Shown in pieces: positions 51,471-60,137 of a stretch of 64,000 nt of DNA. Under the pieces are notes generated by a model. The model ran no database searches. It saw nothing but the letters and a program-made list of their open reading frames with translations, and was not told the DNA's origin. The stretch is from a virus, in the IMG/VR virus record IMGVR_UViG_3300025108_004281, positions 28,050-92,049 of that record; one strand, 5' to 3'. How positions within the stretch are numbered: position 1 is the stretch's first letter; each line of letters opens with the position of its first letter. The position numbers and the translations under genes were made by a program.

Positions 51471-52230
51471 TATTCTCATAATCTGTTGCATACTTTATTC
51501 TAAAGTAGTCATATAATTTATATTCATTAGCAAAAATTTCTATCAATGTTGGGTTATGATTTTTAAACTTATTATTGCGTTGCCATTTTAAAAAAGTACT
51601 TGATATAATCATAGAGTAAGGCGAGGACAACTCAGAAGATATTTGTGTCTCCCATAATCGATTCTTTATACCTGGATTTAAATGTTTAAACTTTTCCGAA
51701 ATAAAGTAAGAAATACCATGTCGATTAGTATCTAATACCTGTACTTTATCGATATCAAAATCATAATCTTTGTAAGCCACAGCAAGCCTATTTGGTAAAG
51801 TTATCATATGTGGATCTAATTGTACTTTGCCATGTATTATTTGTCCTGCTATCTCATCGAACCAATTAAATAAGTCATCTTCTTTAAGTCTTTTATTATC
51901 GTAACCTACACTTGAAAAATATCCACCAAAAAAGCCATAAAGAGGTTCAACAATGGGAATGATTTGATTGTTATTTAACGGTAAATCACTTTCAGTGTAG
52001 TCGACTTCGCTGTAGTGAATTATTTTTTCTATTATATTGTGTGCACCTTTAGGGTAAAGCAAACATGATGTATTGTCAAAATTTATCCAACGTTGCGTAG
52101 ATGTCATTCTGTGTAAAGTTATTTCTGCAGATTCCACAGGCAGAGATATTTTAAATAGTTGGTGTGCCTCTGCTTTTAGGTCTACAACATCAATTAAAAA
52201 TTTTGTAATGTCCATGACTAATTGAAACAA
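51457..52230 (-). CDS. Divergent sulfotransferase-like protein (paralogue of 50578-51369)
   Basis: YPKGAHN, EPLYGFFGGY, DPHM, NEYKLYDYF shared with neighbour; stop lies inside tRNA-Ser. Confidence 0.45.
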   Translation of the reverse strand: MFQLVMDITKFLIDVVDLKAEAHQLFKISLPVESAEITLHRMTSTQRWINFDNTSCLLYPKGAHNIIEKIIHYSEVDYTESDLPLNNNQIIPIVEPLYGFFGGYFSSVGYDNKRLKEDDLFNWFDEIAGQIIHGKVQLDPHMITLPNRLAVAYKDYDFDIDKVQVLDTNRHGISYFISEKFKHLNPGIKNRLWETQISSELSSPYSMIISSTFLKWQRNNKFKNHNPTLIEIFANEYKLYDYFRIKYATDYENRKGG

Positions 52231-52898
52231 TACCTAGCAATAATACTTCTCCTCACAGTAAAAGGTACTTTATTATCTAGTAAAACTTTGTGTGTTGGTG
52301 CTGAATGCCAATGTCCACTTACACCAGGGTCATACATAATTGCTGTATTCTTTCTATAAGGTGCATGGTCAATTAACTTAAACTTACTCGGGTCATGGCA
52401 AACACAAAACTCTCCGTGTTGACTGCCTAACTCTTCGCCAGGGTTATTGCCTATGTACTCCCAAAACATTGTGCCTAAAACTTCATCTTCTGCTCTGTGA
52501 GTTTCGCCCATATAAACTTGCATATTGATTACTTTGGTCATGTTTTCAAATACATCTTTGTGTATGTCATCGTTTTGCAATGCGCCAGGTGAGTGCGGAT
52601 CCCAATCATCCTCTTGTAAATGATACCAAATGTGTTTGAGATCTTTTTGATTATAACCAGAGTATTCACACACATCATCTAATCTGCTTTCAAATTCACT
52701 GTGAATATATTTCCACATTAACATATCCTGCTCAGTGTAGTCTTCCCCAGTTTCTATATCAATAGGGAAACTTTTAGGTGCCCATAGCCAGTCAGGTGTA
52801 ATGTTTAATCCTGACCTAAATTTTGGTATATCAAACATCTTATCTGCTATCTCTATGTTTTCGAAATAGTATTTTGGTAATATGCGATACGAGTCCAT
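52218..52898 (-). CDS. 2OG-Fe(II) oxygenase-like protein
   Basis: IHKD...MQVY...GTMFW...HWHS...R. Confidence 0.7.
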   Translation of the reverse strand: MDSYRILPKYYFENIEIADKMFDIPKFRSGLNITPDWLWAPKSFPIDIETGEDYTEQDMLMWKYIHSEFESRLDDVCEYSGYNQKDLKHIWYHLQEDDWDPHSPGALQNDDIHKDVFENMTKVINMQVYMGETHRAEDEVLGTMFWEYIGNNPGEELGSQHGEFCVCHDPSKFKLIDHAPYRKNTAIMYDPGVSGHWHSAPTHKVLLDNKVPFTVRRSIIARYCFN

Positions 52899-53437
52899 TA
52901 TATTAAATCCAAATCCATTTGCTTGTACACTCTATCATGCATAGTTATTTCATCATTAGGCCATAAGCAACACATATCTCTTTTGATAAACAGTTTTCTC
53001 TGTGGAAGTATAGGCTCTTGTCCTTCTTTGTGTATCTTGATAGCATCAAGTAAAATGGTTGCTGTGGTTGTAACACACTTGCCGTAATGCAATCCGCATA
53101 TGATTAAATCCATATATGAATTATCTAATATATACTTGAATAGATCTTCCTGATTATCAATATGTGTATATTCTAAAAACCTAGGATCTATTTGCCCTTC
53201 TGGACTTTGCATAAAGTTAATTACATTTTTGCATTTGAGTTCTACAATTTTGTTATCTTTATATACATGTGTTTTTGTTAATTCTTCTTTTAAATGCCCT
53301 AAAAATACTTTGTTATAAATGTTCAAGTTCATTTCTGCATCGTCATGATTAGGTTGCTTTGACCAAGGATCTACTACAATCCATAGTCCATTTTCAACTA
53401 GGTCTTCGTAATTTGTTGTTGAGAGAGGAATGTGCAT
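52898..53437 (-). CDS. Isochorismatase/cysteine-hydrolase-like protein
   Basis: IVVDPW and ICGLHYGKCV motifs. Confidence 0.55.
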   Translation of the reverse strand: MHIPLSTTNYEDLVENGLWIVVDPWSKQPNHDDAEMNLNIYNKVFLGHLKEELTKTHVYKDNKIVELKCKNVINFMQSPEGQIDPRFLEYTHIDNQEDLFKYILDNSYMDLIICGLHYGKCVTTTATILLDAIKIHKEGQEPILPQRKLFIKRDMCCLWPNDEITMHDRVYKQMDLDLI

Positions 53438-53501
53438 AACAATATTTATCGGTCAAAAAAAAGCCCCGTTATTAAACGAGGCTTAATTTTATTGTGTTAG
53501 T

Positions 53502-54104
53502 TTAGAATGATTTGCTTACGCCAAAAACAATGCTGTCTTCGTCTTCTAATAACGAACCGTCGTCAGCCATAAAACTGTGATATCCCAGTGAACCTTCTAG
53601 TCCCATTGGTAAGTCAAAGTTTCTTGATACTGACCAGTTGTCGCCGTTGTCTTCCCACATACCATATGAAATGTCTATACCCCAATTGGAGTATCCAAAT
53701 TCTACATAGTCTGTGTAGTCATCTTGACCTAAATAATAGTCTACTGATATACCCATGATTTCTTTACTGATAAAGAACTCACTGCCGTCTAAGTCTGCGT
53801 CACCATTGTAACTGTAGTCAATATATCCTACAGTCCAATCGCCGTTAGACCAACCAGCATATAAATCAGTTTCTAGGTCTGATCCGTCTGCATAGTCAAC
53901 TTGTCCAACCCAAGCACCTGCCATGAAACCACTGTCGCCGAACTCATGTGTATAGCCTGCCCATCCTGACATACTACCATCTGATTGCGACAAGCCTCTA
54001 AAAATGTAGTCGCTATTTGCTCCTACACTTCCACCTGCGTATGCGCCTGTTGTTAGTGTTGACAATACTAATACTGCTAACACATTTTTAAATGCATTAA
54101 TCAT
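53502..54104 (-). CDS. TorF/Gcw_chp-like outer-membrane beta-barrel
   Basis: Signal peptide, SDYIFRGLSQS, GAW, ETDLYAG, terminal VSKSF. Confidence 0.8.
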   Translation of the reverse strand: MINAFKNVLAVLVLSTLTTGAYAGGSVGANSDYIFRGLSQSDGSMSGWAGYTHEFGDSGFMAGAWVGQVDYADGSDLETDLYAGWSNGDWTVGYIDYSYNGDADLDGSEFFISKEIMGISVDYYLGQDDYTDYVEFGYSNWGIDISYGMWEDNGDNWSVSRNFDLPMGLEGSLGYHSFMADDGSLLEDEDSIVFGVSKSF

Positions 54105-54166
54105 TTATTTTTCTCCTTGTTATTTTAATTATATGGGGCGGTAAAGGCCACCCCAACCTTGTATCG

Positions 54167-54394
54167 TTACTTCTTATCTCCCAATAAATGAATGATAATA
54201 ATTGCTACGAGTAAGCCGACTAAGCCGCCTTCTCCTAAACCTGATACGAGTGCTGTGATGTTTCCAACTACGTCGCCTACAAAAGATGTGCTACCGAATA
54301 CTAAACCTGCAACGATACCTAATCCTAAAAGGCTGACGAAGATTGATGTGAGTCCACTAACGAAAGAGTGAACCATCTTCATTGCGTTATCCAT
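54167..54394 (-). CDS. Small hydrophobic membrane protein
   Basis: AGGAGG SD, Gly-rich TMs (LGEGGLVGLL); TAAATA upstream. Confidence 0.75.
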   Translation of the reverse strand: MDNAMKMVHSFVSGLTSIFVSLLGLGIVAGLVFGSTSFVGDVVGNITALVSGLGEGGLVGLLVAIIIIHLLGDKK

Positions 54395-54584
54395 AAATGA
54401 ATACCTCCTATTATATTACTCTTGCCCAAGAGTATGAAGAAATTAATTTTTCTTCAGTAATATTTACATTTTTGTTACAGATTGTTACAGAATACTGAAC
54501 AGTCTATGGTGTCGTTAGATAGGTTACGAGGTGTATAGGTAAAAAATATGGTAAAAATCTCATAAATTTGACAGATTTTACTGG

Positions 54585-54607
54585 AAAAGCACCTCCGAAG
54601 AGGTGCT
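54585..54607 (-). terminator. Rho-independent terminator after the YRG peptide
   Basis: AGCACCUC-UUCG-GAGGUGCU plus UUU. Confidence 0.8.
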
Positions 54608-54616
54608 CCCACAAGC

Positions 54617-54772
54617 CTAAGGATAGAAAGGATTGTCTGTGATATAATTAGGTAGTTCGCTTTTTTCATAACGGACTCCTCTGTAATTATAATCTACAGT
54701 TTTCTTCTTATCTTTCCTAAGTTGTTTTAGTACAGCACGTCGAACGATTGCTGTTTCTTGATACTTAGTCAT
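54617..54772 (-). CDS. 51-aa basic peptide with YRGVRY motif (DUF4278/GS-inactivating-factor-like)
   Basis: Not in track; MTKYQETAIVRRAVLKQLRKDKKKTVDYNYRGVRYEKSELPNYITDNPFYP; AGGAGG SD; follows the riboswitches. Confidence 0.75.
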   Translation of the reverse strand: MTKYQETAIVRRAVLKQLRKDKKKTVDYNYRGVRYEKSELPNYITDNPFYP

Positions 54773-54797
54773 GTCATCCTCCTAATTAAAGTAAGAT

Positions 54798-54860
54798 GCG
54801 TTCCTTCGGTATTTTACCTACTTCCGTCGTCGCTCTACATTTAGAGTGGCGATGAACGAG
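54798..54860 (-). ncRNA. Glutamine riboswitch aptamer 2 (glnA RNA motif)
   Basis: CGUUCAUC-hairpin-GACGGAAGUAGG-loop-CCGAAGGAACGC consensus. Confidence 0.85.
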
Positions 54861-54864
54861 TTCG

Positions 54865-54925
54865 GCGTTCCTTCGTCACAATTGACTACTTCCGTTCACT
54901 GCTACATTTAGAGTGAATGAACGAC
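54865..54925 (-). ncRNA. Glutamine riboswitch aptamer 1 (glnA RNA motif)
   Basis: CGUUCAUUCAC-loop-GUGAACGGAAGUAGUC-loop-GACGAAGGAACGC; late promoter 54946-54953 upstream. Confidence 0.85.
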
Positions 54926-54953
54926 GTAACATTCTGTTACAAAAATATTTATC

Positions 54954-54981
54954 AAAAAAAAGCAGGCCGAAGCCTGCTTTT
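54954..54981 (-). terminator. Rho-independent terminator
   Basis: AGCAGGC-UUCG-GCCUGCU plus U-tract. Confidence 0.85.
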
Positions 54982-55001
54982 GATTCTTTAAACCTTACAG
55001 T

Positions 55002-55268
55002 TTAGACAGAGCCGTTTGCAAGTGCTTTATAACCTGCGGCAATAACTGCTCTAGATGGAGTACCAAGTCTATATACATTTCTTGATCTTCCTTTAGTGTC
55101 AGTCACTGTGTTAAGGTAGATTGGGAAACCTTTGAATCTTAGTGATTGAATCACTGCCTGTGGGTTTCCAGTTCCGAAGTAAGATACCATTTGTGCTGAA
55201 GACAAAGTTCTTCCTTCTTGCAAAGCATTTAATACTTTTGCTTCTTTAGTTAATGTTGCTGTAGTCAT
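55002..55268 (-). CDS. Winged-HTH DNA-binding protein
   Basis: KVLNALQEGRTLS...VIQSLRFKGFPI...YRLG; AGGAGG SD; sigma70 promoter 55322-55349. Confidence 0.7.
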   Translation of the reverse strand: MTTATLTKEAKVLNALQEGRTLSSAQMVSYFGTGNPQAVIQSLRFKGFPIYLNTVTDTKGRSRNVYRLGTPSRAVIAAGYKALANGSV

Positions 55269-55354
55269 ATGACCTCCTATTTAACATTATTATCTCTGTG
55301 CAAAATTACACATTGTCTACTATTATACACAGATTATACACAATGTCAACCTTT

Positions 55355-55702
55355 TTATGCTGAAAAATCATAATCCGTGTATTCTAATTTAACCAAAGGA
55401 AAACGATCTGCTATGATATTTTGGATTTGTGTTACCAATTTATCTATATTCCAATCGTCTCCCATCCACTCTGTTTCCCATGTACCCGAATCGGATTCAA
55501 TAAGAAACAAATTCTCTTTATCTCGCTTCAATACTTTCTCTAATGCATTTATTTGTGGAGGTGGTCCTGCCCAAACAAATGGCAACACAACTATTCTACC
55601 CTGATGTGAAGAATACTGTCTTGCTCTGCTGTCTATGTTTGATGTAATACCAAACCCAGGCCTGTCATCAAAGCCAGTTATTGTGTAAAGATACTTAATC
55701 AT
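55355..55702 (-). CDS. GIY-YIG-like small protein
   Basis: YLY...FGITSNIDSRARQY...LEK...TEW. Confidence 0.5.
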   Translation of the reverse strand: MIKYLYTITGFDDRPGFGITSNIDSRARQYSSHQGRIVVLPFVWAGPPPQINALEKVLKRDKENLFLIESDSGTWETEWMGDDWNIDKLVTQIQNIIADRFPLVKLEYTDYDFSA

Positions 55703-56855
55703 TGAACTGTTCTGTAATATAATCAGGTAAGAAGTCTATAAGCGAACTACCTGCTGTATATTCGTTGAACTCGTCTAGCATATATCCTGGCACGTCTGCT
55801 GTACCGCCAAACTTCTTATACAGTTGTACTAAACCTACAGCAATAGCATCATCATTCCAATTATATTCTGTGCCATACTTTGTTTTAGTAAACTTTCTCC
55901 ATGCTGTGTGTATTTCACTATGATATTCTTCATAGTCTGAAAACAAGTTTTGCAACATGCCTGCAAGTTCTTCTAAGAACTCATCTGTTATTTTAAGTTT
56001 AGCAGTCTTAAATCCTCTGTGTAAGTCTCCAAACAAGAACCAAAGAGCACCGTTTACAGGATTATAATGAAAGTAATTGTCGTGCCACTTAGTAGCCATT
56101 TCAATTACATCTTCATTAAGTGACAAGAACTTAGATATATGTGTAAAGGTTCCTGCTTTTGTTGATAAGTCTGAGTTCTGTTCTACAGCAAAACAATTAT
56201 TGTTTTGTGCAATAGACACTTTCTTTTCAACTAAAACATCTTGCTCGTCGTCTGTGTTGCCACAAACTCTAACAACCTGTACAGCATTTTCTAGTTCTTT
56301 GTATGCTGATATCTTCTTTTTACCTTTACCATTTATAAGTGCAAAGGCCTTTAGTGCAAATGATAAGTCATCTGTTTCAATATAAAGTGTAGGGTGTGTT
56401 AAGTCCTGCCACTCGCCATCAAATGCCATTAAACCATCTTTGACTAATGTAGAAATAACTGTAGCAGTATGTTGTCCATCTATTAATTGGAAACTGCCAT
56501 CGCTTTTCTTTACAGCATAAAGTGATTGCGATAATGCTTCATTGTATGTTGCAGGATTAATAATCTTGCCACAGTGAGCAGTATCTAATTGCCTTTGTAC
56601 CATTTCTGATATACCAGCACCGGGTTTGTCAAACTCTCCTAATGCAATCATATCTGACTGCGGTAAAAGTTTGGCATCAAACTGCATGCCTTCTTCTTCC
56701 ATAAGTTTTTTCATTTTCTTATAGATTCTTGCACCTTGCAGTTTTTCAATGTTTGCACTTAAAGGTCGAATTGTATCTTCCTTTTTGTCTAGTGCGTAGA
56801 AGTTTTTTAAAGGATTTGGTTTCCTTGTTACTTCGTTGTATTTAAATATTTCCAT
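55695..56855 (-). CDS. ParB/Srx-like (DGQH) domain protein
   Basis: VQR, LIDGQHT, FALIN; consensus sigma70 promoter 56881-56909. Confidence 0.6.
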   Translation of the reverse strand: MEIFKYNEVTRKPNPLKNFYALDKKEDTIRPLSANIEKLQGARIYKKMKKLMEEEGMQFDAKLLPQSDMIALGEFDKPGAGISEMVQRQLDTAHCGKIINPATYNEALSQSLYAVKKSDGSFQLIDGQHTATVISTLVKDGLMAFDGEWQDLTHPTLYIETDDLSFALKAFALINGKGKKKISAYKELENAVQVVRVCGNTDDEQDVLVEKKVSIAQNNNCFAVEQNSDLSTKAGTFTHISKFLSLNEDVIEMATKWHDNYFHYNPVNGALWFLFGDLHRGFKTAKLKITDEFLEELAGMLQNLFSDYEEYHSEIHTAWRKFTKTKYGTEYNWNDDAIAVGLVQLYKKFGGTADVPGYMLDEFNEYTAGSSLIDFLPDYITEQFND

Positions 56856-56905
56856 AGTTACTCCTATTTGTAATACTACTATTATATAATAAGAGTTATT
56901 TTATG

Positions 56906-57124
56906 TCAACCGGGTCCTGGCGGATAAGGTACAACGGCGTATGGCCTCTGTATTTTAACAAAGACCACACGGCCGTCCCTTTCTTGTGCTTCGTACACTT
57001 CGCCAACCTTAGCATCTATATTTGCTAATTGCAGTTCGCTATCAAATGTAATGCTACCATCGTGACCAAGGGTAAACATATAATCAGCAAACAGCATTTT
57101 ATGTGTACTTTTGGTAATGCTCAT
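56906..57124 (-). CDS. Hypothetical protein
   Basis: 72 aa. Confidence 0.5.
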   Translation of the reverse strand: MSITKSTHKMLFADYMFTLGHDGSITFDSELQLANIDAKVGEVYEAQERDGRVVFVKIQRPYAVVPYPPGPG

Positions 57125-57323
57125 ATAACTTGTTTGCTTCTTCGCTTAATCCTAATCCACAACAAATATCAATTTGTCTGCGGATATCTCCTGCTTGGTC
57201 CGTGCCTTTACTCCACACACGATGATCATCACTATACATATAGAACCAATCATGTGTACTCAAAAGGTTTTCTAGTTCATCTAAATCAGGGTGACAGTTA
57301 GCCATTTCTTTCTCCTTTGTCAA
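57099..57323 (-). CDS. Hypothetical protein (HDWFYMYSDDHRVW motif)
   Basis: Recurrent phage motif; AGGAG SD before MANCHP. Confidence 0.65.
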   Translation of the reverse strand: MTKEKEMANCHPDLDELENLLSTHDWFYMYSDDHRVWSKGTDQAGDIRRQIDICCGLGLSEEANKLYEHYQKYT

Positions 57324-57330
57324 ATAAAGT

Positions 57331-57407
57331 TGGTGGGCCTACTAGGACTTGAACCTAGACTCTACCGATTATGAGTCGGGTGCATTAACCAATTATGCTA
57401 TAGGCCC
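57331..57407 (-). tRNA. tRNA with CAU anticodon, probably Ile2
   Basis: Paired G1-C72 (not initiator); anticodon arm CGACUCAUAAUCG resembling IleX; CCA. Confidence 0.85.
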
Positions 57408-57502
57408 TAATCTTTTCCTGTCCATAGTTTATAACATTCTATGGCACAAAATACTACTACTGTAGTAAAAATTATAAAAAATGCTATTAGTTCCATAGTC
57501 AT
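57407..57502 (-). CDS. Possible 31-aa TM peptide between tRNAs
   Basis: MTMELIAFFIIFTTVVVFCAIECYKLWTGKD; weak SD. Confidence 0.35.
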   Translation of the reverse strand: MTMELIAFFIIFTTVVVFCAIECYKLWTGKD

Positions 57503-57513
57503 ATTCTCTAAGT

Positions 57514-57590
57514 TGGCCTCCCCAGCAGGACTCGAACCTGCAACCTACAGTTTAGAAGACTGTTGTTCTATCCAGTTGAACTATGGGGAG
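57514..57590 (-). tRNA. tRNA-Arg(UCU)
   Basis: Cloverleaf, anticodon TCT, CCA. Confidence 0.95.
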
Positions 57591-57596
57591 ATTAAA

Positions 57597-57683
57597 TGGT
57601 ACCTGAGGCCGGACTTGAACCGGCACGACCTTTCAGTCGAGGGATTTTAAGTCCCTTGTGTCTACCAATTCCACCACTCAGGC
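57597..57683 (-). tRNA. tRNA-Leu(UAA)
   Basis: Long variable arm, anticodon TAA, CCA. Confidence 0.95.
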
Positions 57684-58133
57684 ATCTAAACTTTTTTCGA
57701 ACTCCTCTGCTAATTTGAATTGAAGTCGCCTTGCTTCTTTCTCCCAAGGCTGTTCCCAATACTCGATGTTTGCACAATACTTGTTGGACTTCCAAGATGT
57801 CAGTCCTGAATCAAGTTCTCCTCGAGCAAATTGTTTTACATGAACCATCTCATGTGCTAGGTTCACTACCCAATTACTGTACATACAAACGTCAATAACG
57901 AAGTTGCGTTGGTCTAGTGACTCGCACAATGCTTGGGTGCCATCGTTATTCATAAACACTTTGTGATGTAATTGCACAACAATATTATTCTTTAAACGGC
58001 TGATGCCTAATTGTTTAGCAAAACTTTTAACTGCCAGCACAATATTGGCATGTAGATCAGGCTGTACGATACCACCTTGTGGTCCAGTAACTGCAATGTT
58101 CATTGTGTGAATCCTCTTTGCTAAAAAGTCCAA
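57678..58133 (-). CDS. HExxH metallopeptidase-like protein
   Basis: LAHEMVHVKQ...PWEKEA; stop lies inside tRNA-Leu. Confidence 0.7.
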   Translation of the reverse strand: MDFLAKRIHTMNIAVTGPQGGIVQPDLHANIVLAVKSFAKQLGISRLKNNIVVQLHHKVFMNNDGTQALCESLDQRNFVIDVCMYSNWVVNLAHEMVHVKQFARGELDSGLTSWKSNKYCANIEYWEQPWEKEARRLQFKLAEEFEKSLDA

Positions 58134-58164
58134 CTATTATAACAGAATATACCAGAAGGTCAAC

Positions 58165-59232
58165 CTATTTTTGCCACCAAAATTCTTCGTTAGATATCAA
58201 TGACTTAGCCATGTAGTTTGCTACAACTTTCTGTGCTTTACCTGTAAAATGCATACAACCTGTGTAAATTTCTCCAAAATTTAGGTTTTTTGTACCTAAA
58301 ATTCTGTGTAATGCTACTAACGACACAAATTCTTTGTCAATTATGTGTGGCATTCTGTCTAGTCTGATATCTAGATCTAACACATTAGGAAACAAATTGT
58401 TTTGGTTTGTAATGATGTGATCAACAGGTTCTTGGCTAGAGCACCATGCCATATGGAAATTATTTGCTTTACATATTTGCTGAGCATTAAATATATTTTG
58501 AAACCATTCACCTATATATAAATCGTGCATTGCATAGGCAGTATTATGTTTAGTAAAATCGTATTCATTGTCGCCTATATGAACAAGTGTAGTGTGATTA
58601 ATATTGTAATCACGAAAGTATTCTAACTTACGTTCCAATTCTGAATCGGGTGTGTTGTAATCATGTTCCGTTGTTATAATTTGTTTTCTGCATGGCTCTG
58701 GTGCTTGAAAAAATACCAAAGTTTCGTATTCGTTGCTTTTGGTATCCATGTTTATAAACGTTGATAACGATGACACAACTGATGCCATACTACAACCGCC
58801 TTTGCTTAGATTGATTATATCAATGTCTGGTAACATGGCATTTAATTGATTGCTCCATGTTTTTGGATAATGTCTTAAATCAGATCCGTGTGACCTAAGT
58901 CCAGTATTCAATTCTTCTTTGGTTGGTTTACTATCTGGATCTTGTTCTTTTATGATATCAAAATAGTTTGTGCGGTAAACACTAGTTGTCCATTTGTTAT
59001 ATTGGTCTGTGAGTTTTCTAAGATGCTCTACAATGGATTCATTTTCTTTGTTACCAGTCAGTCCTTGCAATCGTTCATCTTTGATATGATCTCCAGATAT
59101 TCTTTTCCAATCCTCATACCAAGTGCTATCAATCTTTGGTGCTAAAGAGTTTACGTTGTCAAAAACTTCTGGGAAGTCGGCCCCTACACCTAAAGAAAAA
59201 CTGTCGCCTATGATTATTATTCGCTTCTTCAT
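58165..59232 (-). CDS. SGNH/GDSL hydrolase-like protein
   Basis: IGDSFSLG, INLSKGG, C-terminal MHF. Confidence 0.7.
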   Translation of the reverse strand: MKKRIIIIGDSFSLGVGADFPEVFDNVNSLAPKIDSTWYEDWKRISGDHIKDERLQGLTGNKENESIVEHLRKLTDQYNKWTTSVYRTNYFDIIKEQDPDSKPTKEELNTGLRSHGSDLRHYPKTWSNQLNAMLPDIDIINLSKGGCSMASVVSSLSTFINMDTKSNEYETLVFFQAPEPCRKQIITTEHDYNTPDSELERKLEYFRDYNINHTTLVHIGDNEYDFTKHNTAYAMHDLYIGEWFQNIFNAQQICKANNFHMAWCSSQEPVDHIITNQNNLFPNVLDLDIRLDRMPHIIDKEFVSLVALHRILGTKNLNFGEIYTGCMHFTGKAQKVVANYMAKSLISNEEFWWQK

Positions 59233-59264
59233 ACAAGCAATATTTATAGTTTATAAATACTTGC

Positions 59265-60137
59265 ATGTTCATTTATGATAAAGATAAAAATATATCAATC
59301 TTCACAAGAGGTAAGAACGGAACCACAAACTTTCACAACCATTATTGGATGCAAAAAGAAGATACTGAAGTAGGTTCCTACACAGATTTTGATCAAAGCA
59401 ACTGGCTGTTTGCAACACCATTGCCTGCCATAGAAGATATGACAAGAGGTTGCGTTAACCACAACAGAATGTGTCATGAGCAACACCAAGACGACAGTTA
59501 TCAAGAGGGCAATAGACGTTTGGGAATGTATATATTTGAATATGTAACATTCTTAAAAACTTGTAAAATGCTTGACTTAGACATTAAGCATTTTATTATA
59601 ACAAGAGATCCATTAGAAAGATTAGCAAGTGGGTTAAGTACATCAATGCAAAATGCTATAGAAGAAATAGTCTTAGAACATTGCGGTGTTACATTTGATC
59701 AGATAAACGAAAACCTTAAATTTACTGCAACATCAAACTATGACGATATGTTTTGGAATGCATTATGCAAAAACATATTCAAGTTACCTAGTGCTCAATA
59801 TCATGCTCAAGGTTGGTTATCGCATATAGACAAACACATAAACTTTGAAGACTATAAAATATTCTCAGTTGATATAAACGATTTGGTACCATTTGCAAAA
59901 GAAGTTGTTGATATAGATGTTAAGGAAACTGATAAGCATTTACCAGCAAGTGAATGGCATGGTGCTCACACAGGAACACGACCACCGGAAACCAGATACT
60001 TTCATAACTTCATTGAAAGATGGCTGAAAGAGAAGTACGGTACAACTGCGTTAGACAAACAATTAACTGATTTATTAGATGCAGAGTATAAAGTAGTAGA
60101 TAAACTAACACAAATTAAATATGATACTGACTCTTGA
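59265..60137 (+). CDS. Sulfotransferase-like protein
   Basis: GKNGTT and RDPLERLASG; TATAAATA-N5-ATG start. Confidence 0.65.
   Translation: MFIYDKDKNISIFTRGKNGTTNFHNHYWMQKEDTEVGSYTDFDQSNWLFATPLPAIEDMTRGCVNHNRMCHEQHQDDSYQEGNRRLGMYIFEYVTFLKTCKMLDLDIKHFIITRDPLERLASGLSTSMQNAIEEIVLEHCGVTFDQINENLKFTATSNYDDMFWNALCKNIFKLPSAQYHAQGWLSHIDKHINFEDYKIFSVDINDLVPFAKEVVDIDVKETDKHLPASEWHGAHTGTRPPETRYFHNFIERWLKEKYGTTALDKQLTDLLDAEYKVVDKLTQIKYDTDS

Noticed and set aside
54475-54669. 64-aa track ORF MKKANYLII
   Set aside because: It overlaps the better-supported YRG peptide in another frame and runs through its terminator.
54798-54925. Tandem repeats as a mini-CRISPR array
   Set aside because: Only two units, with internal variable stems, a riboswitch consensus and no cas genes.
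57441-57795. Track ORFs 57441-57650 and 57592-57795
   Set aside because: They overlap tRNA-Arg and tRNA-Leu and are spurious translations.
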